Of a DNA stretch of 47,378 nt, positions 1 to 8,584 are shown piece by piece; position 1 is the first letter of the stretch, and each line of letters starts with the position of its first letter. Position numbers and translations under genes: made by a program. This DNA is from Candidatus Poseidoniaceae archaeon (GTDB lineage: Archaea > Thermoplasmatota > Poseidoniia > Poseidoniales > Poseidoniaceae), in contig JAYPDK010000004.1 of the NCBI GenBank assembly GCA_038125145.1, positions 5,505 through 52,882 of the forward strand. The letters run 5' to 3'. The notes beneath the pieces are model-generated. The model ran no database searches. It saw only the letters and a list, made by a program, of their open reading frames with translations, and was not told the DNA's origin.

Positions 1-1601
1 CGCATCAGGGTGCCCTTGGCCTGCACCCAGACGGGCAAGCGCACGGGTCCGTCGTTGGTGGACCCCGCGACACGGCCGGCGCCGGGGGACAGTGGGGGGG
101 GGGCTTCACCCACCTCGAGCGCCTCGCCGTGCAGCAAGCGAAGGGCAAGGTCCAGCGGGATCTCGATGGCGCTCGCGCGACCGCGGCGCTCGATGGCTGC
201 GAGCCCCTCCTGCCGGATGCGCCATTGCCCCTTGTTGTTCGCGAACACCGGTAGCCCGATGTGGATGACCCGGAGGGGATGAAACGCCTCTCCTCGGTGC
301 CGTCCACCCTTTCCGTCGGGGGTGTCCGGTGTCCACAACCGGTGCTTCGCGGAGGAGGGGCTGATGGCCAGTCGCTTTCCGCGTCGCCACCACGCGAGGC
401 CCTTCGGAAGGGCGTGGGTCTGAATCAGATCGTCGACGTCCGAACCGTCCGCTGGGTCCACATCATGCCGGCTTCGTGGCGCTGGGTTGCGAAGGTAGCC
501 GCGCCCCTCCACGTCGCTGCCAACAAGTGTCCTAGCGATGCCTTCGGGCGTTGCCTCCGGCCGATGACGGAGCAGGGCCAGGTAGAACCCGCCCGTGTCG
601 TTGTCCTCCGGGTGGAGCCTTCGCGTCTTCCGCAGCGCCGCGTGAAGCGACGCACCGGGGGGGCGGAACGCGTCCATGCCTTCCGCATCTTCATGCAGTT
701 GGCTGCCATCGTCGGCCAGCACGGTCCATTCGGTCAACCCCTCCCGAAGCACGAGTCCCGGGAACGCGGTGCTTGGCAGCGGGAGCACGTCCATCCACGG
801 GCATCGGTGGAGGACATCGGCGATGACCGCCTCGTTTTCGACGGGGTCCAAGGAGCACGTGGACACCACCATGTGCCCCCCCGGGCGCAACAAGTTGGCC
901 GCCCGCACGGCGATTCCGACCTGCAAGGCGTGCATACCTCGGCCGGCGGAAGGTCGCCAATCCCACCACACGTCCCTGTTCTTTCTCATGGTGGCTGAAC
1001 CGGTGCAAGGCAGGTCGGCGATGATGGCATCAAAGCCGGGTGGGGGGATGCGAGGAAAGTGGCGACCGTCGTGTTGGACAATCACGACGTTGTCGAGGGA
1101 CACCCGCCCCCGGTTCGAGACGAGGGTGTTCACGCGACCGGACACGGGTTCGTTGGCCACGACCGTGGCGTCGATGGCACGTTCTGCAACCTGTGTTGTT
1201 TTCGAACCGGGCGCGGCACACAGGTCGAGGACCAGTTCCGCTCCTTCGAGGGGGAGGACCTCGACGGGCAACATTGAGGCCGCCTCTTGCCGGGTGACGC
1301 GTCCAGTGGTGTGGAGCAGCGACAGCACCTGCCTTGCCTCACCCTCGGCGTGTCCGCGTGGAAACGGCATGGTGTACGCCTCGTGCGCCGTGATCCATGG
1401 CATTCGAACGCCTCCAAGGCCTTCGATGGTCCGGCGTGTCCACTCGATGTCCGACCGGTTTGGAGTCAAGCGAAGCGTTTCAGACAGCGGACGTTCGACC
1501 ACGTCCAACCACGTCTCGATGTTGGCTCCGAGGCTTTTGGCCAAGGCCGCAATGGGTTGAGCGGCGAGTTCTTCGCGCGAGGTCGCTTCACGCCACACCA
1601 T
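1..1601 (-). CDS. RsmB/NOP2/NSUN-family RNA cytosine-C5 methyltransferase (NSUN2/Trm4-like), 3' end runs off the window
   Basis: Absent from the ORF track because it has no stop in the window. Manual translation from ATG 1601 (MVWREATSREEL...) gives TRQEAASMLP, LDLCAAPGSKTTQ (motif I), VVANE, DLPCTGSATMRKN (motif IV Cys), VVSTCSLDPVENEAVI (motif VI Cys), DTGGFYLALL and WRIRQEG. Confidence 0.92.
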   Translation of the reverse strand, partial: MVWREATSREELAAQPIAALAKSLGANIETWLDVVERPLSETLRLTPNRSDIEWTRRTIEGLGGVRMPWITAHEAYTMPFPRGHAEGEARQVLSLLHTTGRVTRQEAASMLPVEVLPLEGAELVLDLCAAPGSKTTQVAERAIDATVVANEPVSGRVNTLVSNRGRVSLDNVVIVQHDGRHFPRIPPPGFDAIIADLPCTGSATMRKNRDVWWDWRPSAGRGMHALQVGIAVRAANLLRPGGHMVVSTCSLDPVENEAVIADVLHRCPWMDVLPLPSTAFPGLVLREGLTEWTVLADDGSQLHEDAEGMDAFRPPGASLHAALRKTRRLHPEDNDTGGFYLALLRHRPEATPEGIARTLVGSDVEGRGYLRNPAPRSRHDVDPADGSDVDDLIQTHALPKGLAWWRRGKRLAISPSSAKHRLWTPDTPDGKGGRHRGEAFHPLRVIHIGLPVFANNKGQWRIRQEGLAAIERRGRASAIEIPLDLALRLLHGEALEVGEAPPPLSPGAGRVAGSTNDGPVRLPVWVQAKGTLM

Positions 1602-1656
1602 CGCGACCGTTTGGCCGTGGGCCCCTCGTTCCTCAAGGCTTCCCTTCGACGCCTGC

Positions 1657-1662
1657 TTCAAG
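1657..1662 (+). promoter_or_regulatory. TATA-like box TTCAAG, 23 nt before ATG 1686 (leaderless-type promoter)
   Basis: The same hexamer family and spacing recur upstream of several genes in this window (see findings). Confidence 0.5.
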
Positions 1663-1685
1663 TCCTTGCACGTGGGCCGCACGGC

Positions 1686-2747
1686 ATGGACGGCACACCG
1701 ACACCGTCCCTCCTGCTCCTCGTGGGCGGCCTTGCGTGGTGGGCGTGGCCTCGAGTGCTTTCCTCGGCGAAGGTTGACGTTGTCCGTCGATGGCTTCCCG
1801 TCGTTGGTGCCTTGTAGATCCTTGCCGCCCGGGTGGTGGCTTCCTTTTCTCCGGGGGCGTGGCCGCATTTTGCCGCACATATCGACGGCATGAGCACCGT
1901 GCTCGAGCGGCTTGTTGCCGTGCTCATCGCGGAGGGTGCTGTGGTGCTCGCGTTGACGGTGACGACCGTGCTCCTTGCGCTTGAACACGGCCCTGCTGCG
2001 CTTCGTCGACGCGCCGAGTCGGCCCTTCCGTTGGTGGTGCTGTGCGTCCTTGGGCTGGACGGCACCATCGAACCCCTCACCTCGGCACCGGCTGCGCCCA
2101 CCCAATCCTTGGCTGCGGGCGACCTGATTCCGAGCCTGCTTGCGGTCCTGCTGGCGCTGGCGTGGCTCGGCCGATGGGGGGCTGTCTCGCGTCCAGCGTC
2201 TGCCCTCCTCGGCGTGTGGTGCCTCGTCGAATGGACGGCTGCGATGGTGCATGACCCGGCCGTGCTGTCCAACCGCGGAGCCACCTTGCTCGCAGCAGGA
2301 GCGCTGCTCGCGCTTGGGCCACGGAAGGCCCCTGCTCGCACGCTGCGGGGGCCAAGGGGGGTGGTGTGGTTCGTGTTGATGACCTGGGCCTTGCACCTTG
2401 TTGTGCTCGCCCTTGTTCTGCCACCGTTGCTCGGACATGACGCGTGGTCTGTGGTGTCGGTGACGATGACCTCCACCACGGTGCTCGCCCTCGTTCTGGT
2501 AGCGATGCTTGCTTCGCTCCGGGTTGGCATGGATGCGCACGAGGATGCAGTATGGTTGGTGAGCACCAGGGCCCTGCGTTTTGTTGGCTTCGCGACCCTC
2601 ATCGTGAACGTGCATGCCGGCGCGATCGCCCTTGCCCTCCTCGGTTCGGGGTGGTTGGGATGGTCTGGTCTGTGGTTGAACGACGTGAGGTCAAAAATAG
2701 GCCGTCAGGGGCCGCTTTCCGACCATCGTGCTTATGAGCAGAAGTGA
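1686..2747 (+). CDS. Polytopic membrane protein of unknown function with one in-frame TAG at 1815-1817 (readthrough, nonsense allele or sequence error)
   Basis: ORFs 1287..1817 and 1833..2747 share a frame. ATG 1686 gives MDGTPTPSLLLLVGGLAWWAWP...RRWLPVVGAL*ILAARVVASF, and the hydrophobic helix continues across the stop. About 10 hydrophobic segments in total. Confidence 0.65.
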
Positions 2748-3145
2748 GAGGCTCAAGCGGGGCGTCTTTGGACGGCCCGGATGGGATTTGCGTGGCACGG
2801 GCATTTCGCGAAGGCGTGGACAAGAACCGACGAATCAAGATGAAGACCTTGCCGCGACGTTGGCCTGAACGAGATTTTGCACCCCTGATTGCAAGGACCG
2901 AAGCCAACGCACACGCCATGGGCCCGTCGCAGCCAATCGAGGCCCTGATTCGAATTGAGAACGACCACTGGATCTTCGAACGTGCTGACCCTGCAGCGTT
3001 GGCCAAGGCTCGTCACCGCATTGTTGTGCATGAGGAGGGCACCCCGCTGAGCCTTGGTGGTTGCACGGACATGACCACCGCGTTGGACGTCGCTCGACGA
3101 ATGGCCGAGAACGACGGGCGGGTCGTGCTCATCGAGCCTGTGTGA
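2744..3145 (+). CDS. Hypothetical protein (start uncertain: GTG 2744, GTG 2792 or ATG about 2840)
   Basis: Globular-looking ORF filling the gap between neighbours, with a GTGA overlap with the upstream gene. Confidence 0.6.
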   Translation: MRGSSGASLDGPDGICVARAFREGVDKNRRIKMKTLPRRWPERDFAPLIARTEANAHAMGPSQPIEALIRIENDHWIFERADPAALAKARHRIVVHEEGTPLSLGGCTDMTTALDVARRMAENDGRVVLIEPV

Positions 3146-3148
3146 GCA

Positions 3149-3334
3149 TCAGAATGCGTTCCACACGGCCTGAACAACGCCGTGGTTGACCAGGTAGAAG
3201 AAGCCGGCAAGGCCGATGCAGGCAAGGTACACCTGAAACTTGGTGATCTTCCACGCATGCTCGGACTCTTCGTCGAAGTAGCGGATGAGGCCAGCCGCTT
3301 GCTGAATGCCGCCACCGTCGGACTTCTTCGCCAT
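3149..3334 (-). CDS. secG: Preprotein translocase subunit Sec61beta (archaeal SecG)
   Basis: AAGLIRYFDEE motif followed by a single C-terminal TM helix; 61 aa. Confidence 0.9.
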   Translation of the reverse strand: MAKKSDGGGIQQAAGLIRYFDEESEHAWKITKFQVYLACIGLAGFFYLVNHGVVQAVWNAF

Positions 3335-3382
3335 GGTGCTCGACCCGCCGAGCCACCCGGTCCTTATGAACGGTGCGTGCCC

Positions 3383-4189
3383 TCAGGTGAGGTCGACGAC
3401 GTCGAGGTCGTCGTGCAGGCTGAGCATCGACGTGCCTTCCGCATCAGCCTCCAGCGCCTCAAGGTGGACAGGATCGGCTTGAATCAGGGCAGCCTCGGCA
3501 CGGGCAAGCGCTCGCTCCACCCCTGGCGCATGGTCTTCGCTCAACGCACGCCGAGCCAAAGCAAGGTCCTCCTCCACCTGCATGAGGTGGTGTTGCATTT
3601 CGGTTGCTCGTGCATCGTCTTCGGTGCCGTCCAGCCACGCATGCAGCCGTTGCACAACGTCCTCGTGGCGGTCGTTGAGCGCGCGAATCTCCGCCCGAAG
3701 TCCATCCCGTCCCCGGCGAACGGCGTCGTGCCAGGCCGCTGCGTGCGTGGATTCGTCCAGCCCGTGGCGCATCAACGCACGCCGGCCGGCGCCGCCGTGG
3801 CGCAGGACCCATGGGTCGCGCCCCAAGGCGGCACAGAGGTCGAAGACCAGCCGGTCGGCAGCGTCAGCATCACCTTCGAACGTGAGTTCGTTCAGGTAGC
3901 CATGACCCACAAGGCCGAACCCCCAGTACGGGCGTGAGCGAACGACGAGGTGGAGGTCTCCGGCATGGACGTCGAGGACCCACCGCTGTTCGTCAAACCG
4001 AGGGCGTTCCACGACGGTGATGGTTGCGGCTTGCCGCAGGCCGTGCAGCAAGGTGGTGGCCACGTCTCCGAGGTAGATGACGTCCCCATTGCCCCGCCCT
4101 CGACGGGGGCGAAGGCTTCCGGCCTCGTCCACCTCGTGGTCAGGTCCCGCTCGTAAGACCTGAGCGACGAGGTTCGCGGGGCTCGCCAT
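3383..4189 (-). CDS. Hypothetical protein (alpha/beta N-terminal domain, helical or coiled C-terminal half)
   Basis: Long ORF with natural composition. ATG 4189 is preferred because ATGAAG lies 21 nt upstream; the ORF track extends it to 4240. Confidence 0.7.
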   Translation of the reverse strand: MASPANLVAQVLRAGPDHEVDEAGSLRPRRGRGNGDVIYLGDVATTLLHGLRQAATITVVERPRFDEQRWVLDVHAGDLHLVVRSRPYWGFGLVGHGYLNELTFEGDADAADRLVFDLCAALGRDPWVLRHGGAGRRALMRHGLDESTHAAAWHDAVRRGRDGLRAEIRALNDRHEDVVQRLHAWLDGTEDDARATEMQHHLMQVEEDLALARRALSEDHAPGVERALARAEAALIQADPVHLEALEADAEGTSMLSLHDDLDVVDLT

Positions 4190-4288
4190 GCACTTTGCTG
4201 GGTACAGTCCCTTCATGTCCTCATCGGTCCGACGCACCAAGAGAAGTCTTCTTAGCCTGCATACCGCATCTCGGCCTGAGGCGATTTC

Positions 4289-4768
4289 ATGGCGAAGAAG
4301 GCAGCATCGGACAACCTGACGGACCTGCCCGGTGTGGGTCCCAGCACTGCAGCGAAATTGACCGACGCGGGCCTTGATTCAGCAGAACGGATCCTCGAGG
4401 CGGGCAAGGACGGGCTCGTGGCCGCGGGCATTGGCGCAGCCACCGCTGCCAAGATCCTCGCAGGGCTGGCCAAGGACGCCGGAAGCAAGGTTGCTTCCGC
4501 TGCAAAGTCCGCTTCCTCCAAGGCGGCCAAGACCGCGACAAAAGCGGCCACCAAGGCAGCGGCGAAGGGCACGGTCAAGGCAGCCAAGGCGGCGGCCAAA
4601 GGAACGGCCTCCACCGCAAAGGACGCTGTGAAGTCCGCCGCGTCCAAGGTGCAGACCGCAGGACGCACCGAGCGCTTGAGCAGCTCTTCGACCAAGGTGG
4701 AGCAAAAAGGCAAGACGCTGAAGACGCCAAGCCTTGCGGACATCCTCAAGCGGCGCTCCTCCGAGTGA
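4289..4768 (+). CDS. Helix-hairpin-helix protein with a histone-H1-like Ala/Lys-rich tail
   Basis: Tandem HhH motifs LPGVGPSTAAKL and AGIGAATAAKI, followed by KAAKTATKAATKAAAKG...KAAKAAAKG repeats. Confidence 0.85.
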   Translation: MAKKAASDNLTDLPGVGPSTAAKLTDAGLDSAERILEAGKDGLVAAGIGAATAAKILAGLAKDAGSKVASAAKSASSKAAKTATKAATKAAAKGTVKAAKAAAKGTASTAKDAVKSAASKVQTAGRTERLSSSSTKVEQKGKTLKTPSLADILKRRSSE

Positions 4769-4804
4769 CGCAAGCACGAAAGTCCCTCATGCTGAGCATC
4801 CCTC

Positions 4805-4990
4805 GTGCCTCGACGGAAGTACGGACGGCTTCGCAAGGCCGTTGAAGTTCCACCGAAGGAGAATTGCTCGAGGTGCCGGTCCGGCAAATTTTGCCCGCTC
4901 CCGAACCACGCCGGCGAGCATGTGTCGCCGTCACGATCGTGGTCTGGGCCTGCGAAGGTCCCCAAGCGTCGGCGCGCCTCGGACCGGTGA
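4805..4990 (+). CDS. Small basic protein with a putative C-x2-C-x5-C-x4-H zinc finger
   Basis: MPRRKYGRLRK...CSRCRSGKFCPLPNH. It fills the gap exactly, and its TGA abuts the xerA stop with no gap. Confidence 0.6.
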   Translation: MPRRKYGRLRKAVEVPPKENCSRCRSGKFCPLPNHAGEHVSPSRSWSGPAKVPKRRRASDR

Positions 4991-6127
4991 TCACGCTTCG
5001 TCCACACGGACACCGACGCTGCTCGTGGCAGGGGTCGTTTCTTCGAGGCGTGCCTCGTCGGGCACGCTCGGCATCGTCTCTCGTGCTGCTTGGGCACGAT
5101 GGTAGACCTCACGCAGGGTTTGGTCGCCGATTTCGAGGTACACCCGCGTGGTCGCGATGCTCGCGTGGCCGAGCAGGCGTTGGATGCTGACCAAATCCGC
5201 CCCTCGTTCCAGCAGGCCAGTGGCGAAATTGTGGCGCAGCACGTGTGGCGTGAGGCGGCCCCGAGGGAGCCCTGCAGCGTCAGCGAGGCCTTCCATCATC
5301 CGCTGCACGCTTCTCGGGCTGATGCGCTGGCCTCGCTGGCTGACGAGCAGCGCACCCCCTGGGTCGTCCGTGCGAAGGGTGCGTTGCTCAAACCACAGCT
5401 CGAGTTCGTGCAACGTCCTGTCGGTGAAGAGCACGAGGCGATCTTTGTCGCCTTTTCCGGAGCGGACCATGGCCGATCGGTCCTCTGCGTCCACCGCGTC
5501 AAGGTCCATGTCGCAGAGTTCGCTCACGCGAAGCCCCGTGTCGAGCATCAGGGTCACCACCACCCGGCACAACGGATCTTCGTGCCATTTCGCAGCGTCG
5601 AGCACGTTGCTCAACTCCCGTCGCGTGAGCGTTCGCGGCAACTTTCGTCCCGTTCGAGCCCGCACCAGATGTTCGGGCCAACGGTGCCCGAGCCATCCCA
5701 AGAGGTGACGTGCGGCAGCAAGTCGGGTGTTGAAGGAGCTCGGCTTCAGGTCGCTGAGGCTGTGCACCCATCGGTCAAGACGTCCGTTCAGTGGCTCGAT
5801 GCGGGCTGCCAGCGCCTCCACGGACAGGGCCGCCGCGTCGTCAAGCACGCCCTCCCCCGGGAGCACCGTGTCCACCAAGGGATGAATGGCGGCCATGTAG
5901 GTCTTCGTTGTGTTTTCCGACTTTGATTCCGTACGAAGTTGTTGGAGGTAGCATTCCAACCATGGCAGGTGCCGCATATGCACGAGTCGAGGGGGGAGTT
6001 CGACGTCCCGGTCCACCGCAAGGCGACGCTGGCTTGGCCTCAGCGCCCTGCGTTGCGTCCCTCTGTCCGTGTCCATTGGCGTCACCGCCTGCCGCCGAGG
6101 CGGCGTGCATCCCATGCCCGAAGGCAC
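4991..6127 (-). CDS. xerA: Tyrosine recombinase, XerA/XerC-like (start uncertain, 6127 to 6076)
   Basis: Catalytic R (TGLRVSE), K (GKGDKDR), HxxR (TPHVLRH), H (LLGH) and Y (TTRVY); KLPRTL linker; N-terminal core-binding domain. Confidence 0.9.
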   Translation of the reverse strand: MPSGMGCTPPRRQAVTPMDTDRGTQRRALRPSQRRLAVDRDVELPPRLVHMRHLPWLECYLQQLRTESKSENTTKTYMAAIHPLVDTVLPGEGVLDDAAALSVEALAARIEPLNGRLDRWVHSLSDLKPSSFNTRLAAARHLLGWLGHRWPEHLVRARTGRKLPRTLTRRELSNVLDAAKWHEDPLCRVVVTLMLDTGLRVSELCDMDLDAVDAEDRSAMVRSGKGDKDRLVLFTDRTLHELELWFEQRTLRTDDPGGALLVSQRGQRISPRSVQRMMEGLADAAGLPRGRLTPHVLRHNFATGLLERGADLVSIQRLLGHASIATTRVYLEIGDQTLREVYHRAQAARETMPSVPDEARLEETTPATSSVGVRVDEA

Positions 6128-6161
6128 CCCTCCATCGGGGTGGTGGGCTTGAACCTATGGC

Positions 6162-7361
6162 TCAGGGTTCAGCCGTGTCGCGTTCGTCTGGAAGCGGCTG
6201 GTCCGGCGCGGCGTCCGGCAACCGATCCACAGCCTTGTGCAGGCTCCTTCGGAGGCTGGCCCGCGGGCCGGTGCACAGCACCATGTCGTCGAAACGGAGT
6301 TTGCTGTCCGCTGGCGGATTCCAAAGCATGCTCTGGTTGCGGAGGACACCGAAGACCTGCACCTCGCCGTTGAAGACCTCCTCGATGGAACATCCGATGA
6401 GGTGCGGGTGCCGACGCACGATCACGGTCATCACGCCGTCCTCGGGGAGGGTGCGGAGCAGCCCGTCGAGTTGCACCTCACAGAAGGCCGAATCACGGAT
6501 GGCGTGATCGACAATCGCGCCCGCCACGTCCACCCCGCTCGCGGATTCGATGCCTTGCAGGCCGGGGCTGGAATTCACTTCCAGCACCATCGGGCCGTCC
6601 GCGCCTTCGAGCAGGTCCACCCCGGCGATGTTCAGTCCGAGCACCCTCGCTGCCCGTCGGGCAACCTCGGCGTACTCTGGTGCGAGGTCAACCGGTTCGA
6701 CGGTTCCGTTGAGGTGGAAGTTTGAGCGGAATTCCCTGCCACGTGCGCGGCGCCGCATGGCGGCGATGACCTCATCGCCGACGATGATGACACGGATGTC
6801 CTTGCCGTGGCTCTCGGCGACGTATTCCTGAATCAACACGTCTTGACGGGCGTGAAGCAGACCCTGAACGAGGGATTTTGCCTCGTAGGCCGTATGGCGA
6901 AGGAACACACCCTGGCCTTGCGTTCCTTTCGTGACCTTGACCACCACGGGAAGTCCACCCACGGCGTCGATGGCACGTTCGACGTCGTGGACACTACGGA
7001 CGTTCACCGTACGGGGAATTGGGATGTGGTTCCGTGAGAGCAGTTGGCTGGCACGCAACTTGTCGCGGCTTTGGAGGATCGCCGTCGCACTGATGGCCGT
7101 CCACACCCCTTTCTGGTCAAGGTGACGGAGCAAGGCAGTGCCGTGGTCCGTGATGGAATGTCCGATCCGAGGAATGACGGCATCGTGGGAGAAGGGCTCA
7201 CCGTTCACGAGGACCTCGACCTGGCCGTCGGCGACCAGCAAGGAGCATGAGAGCGGGTCGATCACGGTCACGTCGACACCGCGGTCGTGCGCTGCCTCCA
7301 CCAAGCGCCGGGTGCTGTACAGCCGCGGGCCCCGTGAGAGGATGGCCAACCTCGGCTGCAT
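6162..7361 (-). CDS. rimK: RimK-family ATP-grasp alpha-L-glutamate ligase with a C-terminal RCK_C (TrkA-C)-like domain
   Basis: AILSRGPRLYSTRRL, DAVIPRIG, SRDKLR, GTQGQGV, QEYV, GKDIR, EFRSNFHLNG, AGVDLL, LEVNSSPG. The tail HLIGCSIEE...VFGVLRN...WNPPADSKLRFDDMVLCTG fits RCK_C. Start set at ATG 7361. Confidence 0.88.
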   Translation of the reverse strand: MQPRLAILSRGPRLYSTRRLVEAAHDRGVDVTVIDPLSCSLLVADGQVEVLVNGEPFSHDAVIPRIGHSITDHGTALLRHLDQKGVWTAISATAILQSRDKLRASQLLSRNHIPIPRTVNVRSVHDVERAIDAVGGLPVVVKVTKGTQGQGVFLRHTAYEAKSLVQGLLHARQDVLIQEYVAESHGKDIRVIIVGDEVIAAMRRRARGREFRSNFHLNGTVEPVDLAPEYAEVARRAARVLGLNIAGVDLLEGADGPMVLEVNSSPGLQGIESASGVDVAGAIVDHAIRDSAFCEVQLDGLLRTLPEDGVMTVIVRRHPHLIGCSIEEVFNGEVQVFGVLRNQSMLWNPPADSKLRFDDMVLCTGPRASLRRSLHKAVDRLPDAAPDQPLPDERDTAEP

Positions 7362-7457
7362 GAGCGCCGCCGAGCGCAGGTTGCTTTTGACGCCATCGCT
7401 CACGAGGGACCATCCACGGCCGAGGATTTGAAGAGTCGGGTCCACCAGCGCGACGTC

Positions 7458-8504
7458 ATGCTTGAGGACGAGGACTCCGACATCGGCGACGGCATCGAGG
7501 CGGTCCCCAGCGAGGTCCTTGTTGACGAAGACAGGGACGACATGCTTGAGGAGATGTCCCTCGAAGCGAGGCTCGAAGGCCTCGAACGCGCCCGCTGGAA
7601 CGTCTTCATGTTCCTTGGTGTTGCGGTCATCATGTTCGCTTTCGCCCTCTTCCCCATGTCCTTCTCCACCGAATACCAGGCCTCGTTTGCAGGGGCTCAG
7701 GCCACGAAGGACGTGGGGCTCGTGTGGGGGATGCCCATTCCCGGGAACGACGTCACCGATGTCCCGGTGCGCGTCACGGTGGACGTCGAGTCCCCTCCCC
7801 CAACGCACATCGAACTCGTGGGATACATGGTGAACGAGAAGGACTGCACCAACTCCGAGGCGTTGTCCTTAGGTCAAGAAGCCGCAGAAGCGGATCCCAC
7901 GGGCGATCACGCCTTTGCGACGACGGGGAACACCGTGGTTGGTGGCGAAACCGTGGAGTTGCGGTTCCGTGTGGATCCTGGCCAGTACTGTCTGATTGTG
8001 AAGTTCCGCGACGTCGACCAAAACAATGCTGACGAATCTGGAACGGCGCAGGTTGAGATCACAGGAAAGATGTGGCCGAACCAAGCGATCGCCGGTGTGC
8101 TCGGCTTGACCGCCATCGTCTTCGCTGCCCTCTCCTTTGTCGGCGCACAGCGGCACGGGCATGACGTCCGTGAGATGCAGCAACCCAAAGAAGCCACCAT
8201 CGAACAAACCGTCCTTGCTGCCTCTGGTCCAAGCGGACCCCCGGCAGCAGGCCCGTCCGGCCCACCTCGTTCCGGTCCAAGCGGCCCCCCGGGTGACCCA
8301 AGCGAAGGGTCCGGTGCACCGTCAACGGAGGATGCCGCTCCCGCCGCCTCCGAGCCAGCCGTGCTGCAACAGGACGAGGACGGAACAGCCTGGCTCGACG
8401 CAGGAAACGGCTACGTGCACAAGCGAATGCCGGACGGGAGTTTCGACCAGACGATTTGGGTTCGCGGGCCAGACGGCGATGGTTTCGTTCCCCACGAGGC
8501 GTGA
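7458..8504 (+). CDS. Two-TM membrane protein: acidic N-terminus, external domain, GPSGPP-repeat linker, small aromatic C-terminal domain
   Basis: TM1 VFMFLGVAVIMFAFALFP and TM2 IAGVLGLTAIVFAALSFVGA. TTGAAG lies 24 nt before ATG 7458. Confidence 0.8.
   Translation: MLEDEDSDIGDGIEAVPSEVLVDEDRDDMLEEMSLEARLEGLERARWNVFMFLGVAVIMFAFALFPMSFSTEYQASFAGAQATKDVGLVWGMPIPGNDVTDVPVRVTVDVESPPPTHIELVGYMVNEKDCTNSEALSLGQEAAEADPTGDHAFATTGNTVVGGETVELRFRVDPGQYCLIVKFRDVDQNNADESGTAQVEITGKMWPNQAIAGVLGLTAIVFAALSFVGAQRHGHDVREMQQPKEATIEQTVLAASGPSGPPAAGPSGPPRSGPSGPPGDPSEGSGAPSTEDAAPAASEPAVLQQDEDGTAWLDAGNGYVHKRMPDGSFDQTIWVRGPDGDGFVPHEA
8224..8292 (+). repeat. Three GPSGPP peptide repeats within the CDS
   Basis: SGPSGPPAAGPSGPPRSGPSGPP; ggtccaagcgg occurs twice at the DNA level. 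Confidence 0.7.
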
Positions 8505-8584
8505 CGGATTCCACCTGAGGCGTAGCCAACGACCCTCAGCCTTCAAATTGGCTGGATGGGAGGACGTCTTTGGAGGTGGGAACC

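Noticed and set aside
94-103. G10 tract as a phase-variation switch
   Set aside because: It is in frame, encodes a Pro run near the C-terminus of a housekeeping enzyme, and there is no evidence of length variation.
4991-6127. Tyrosine recombinase as the integrase of a provirus or island
   Set aside because: No adjacent tRNA/att duplication, viral genes or GC shift. It fits a housekeeping XerA.
7362-7808. ORF-track N-terminal extensions of RimK, GINS (to 24579), ParA-1 (from 10605), the desaturase (from 14694) and the giant protein (from 23771)
   Set aside because: They overlap neighbouring genes and precede the recognisable domain starts, so downstream ATGs were chosen.
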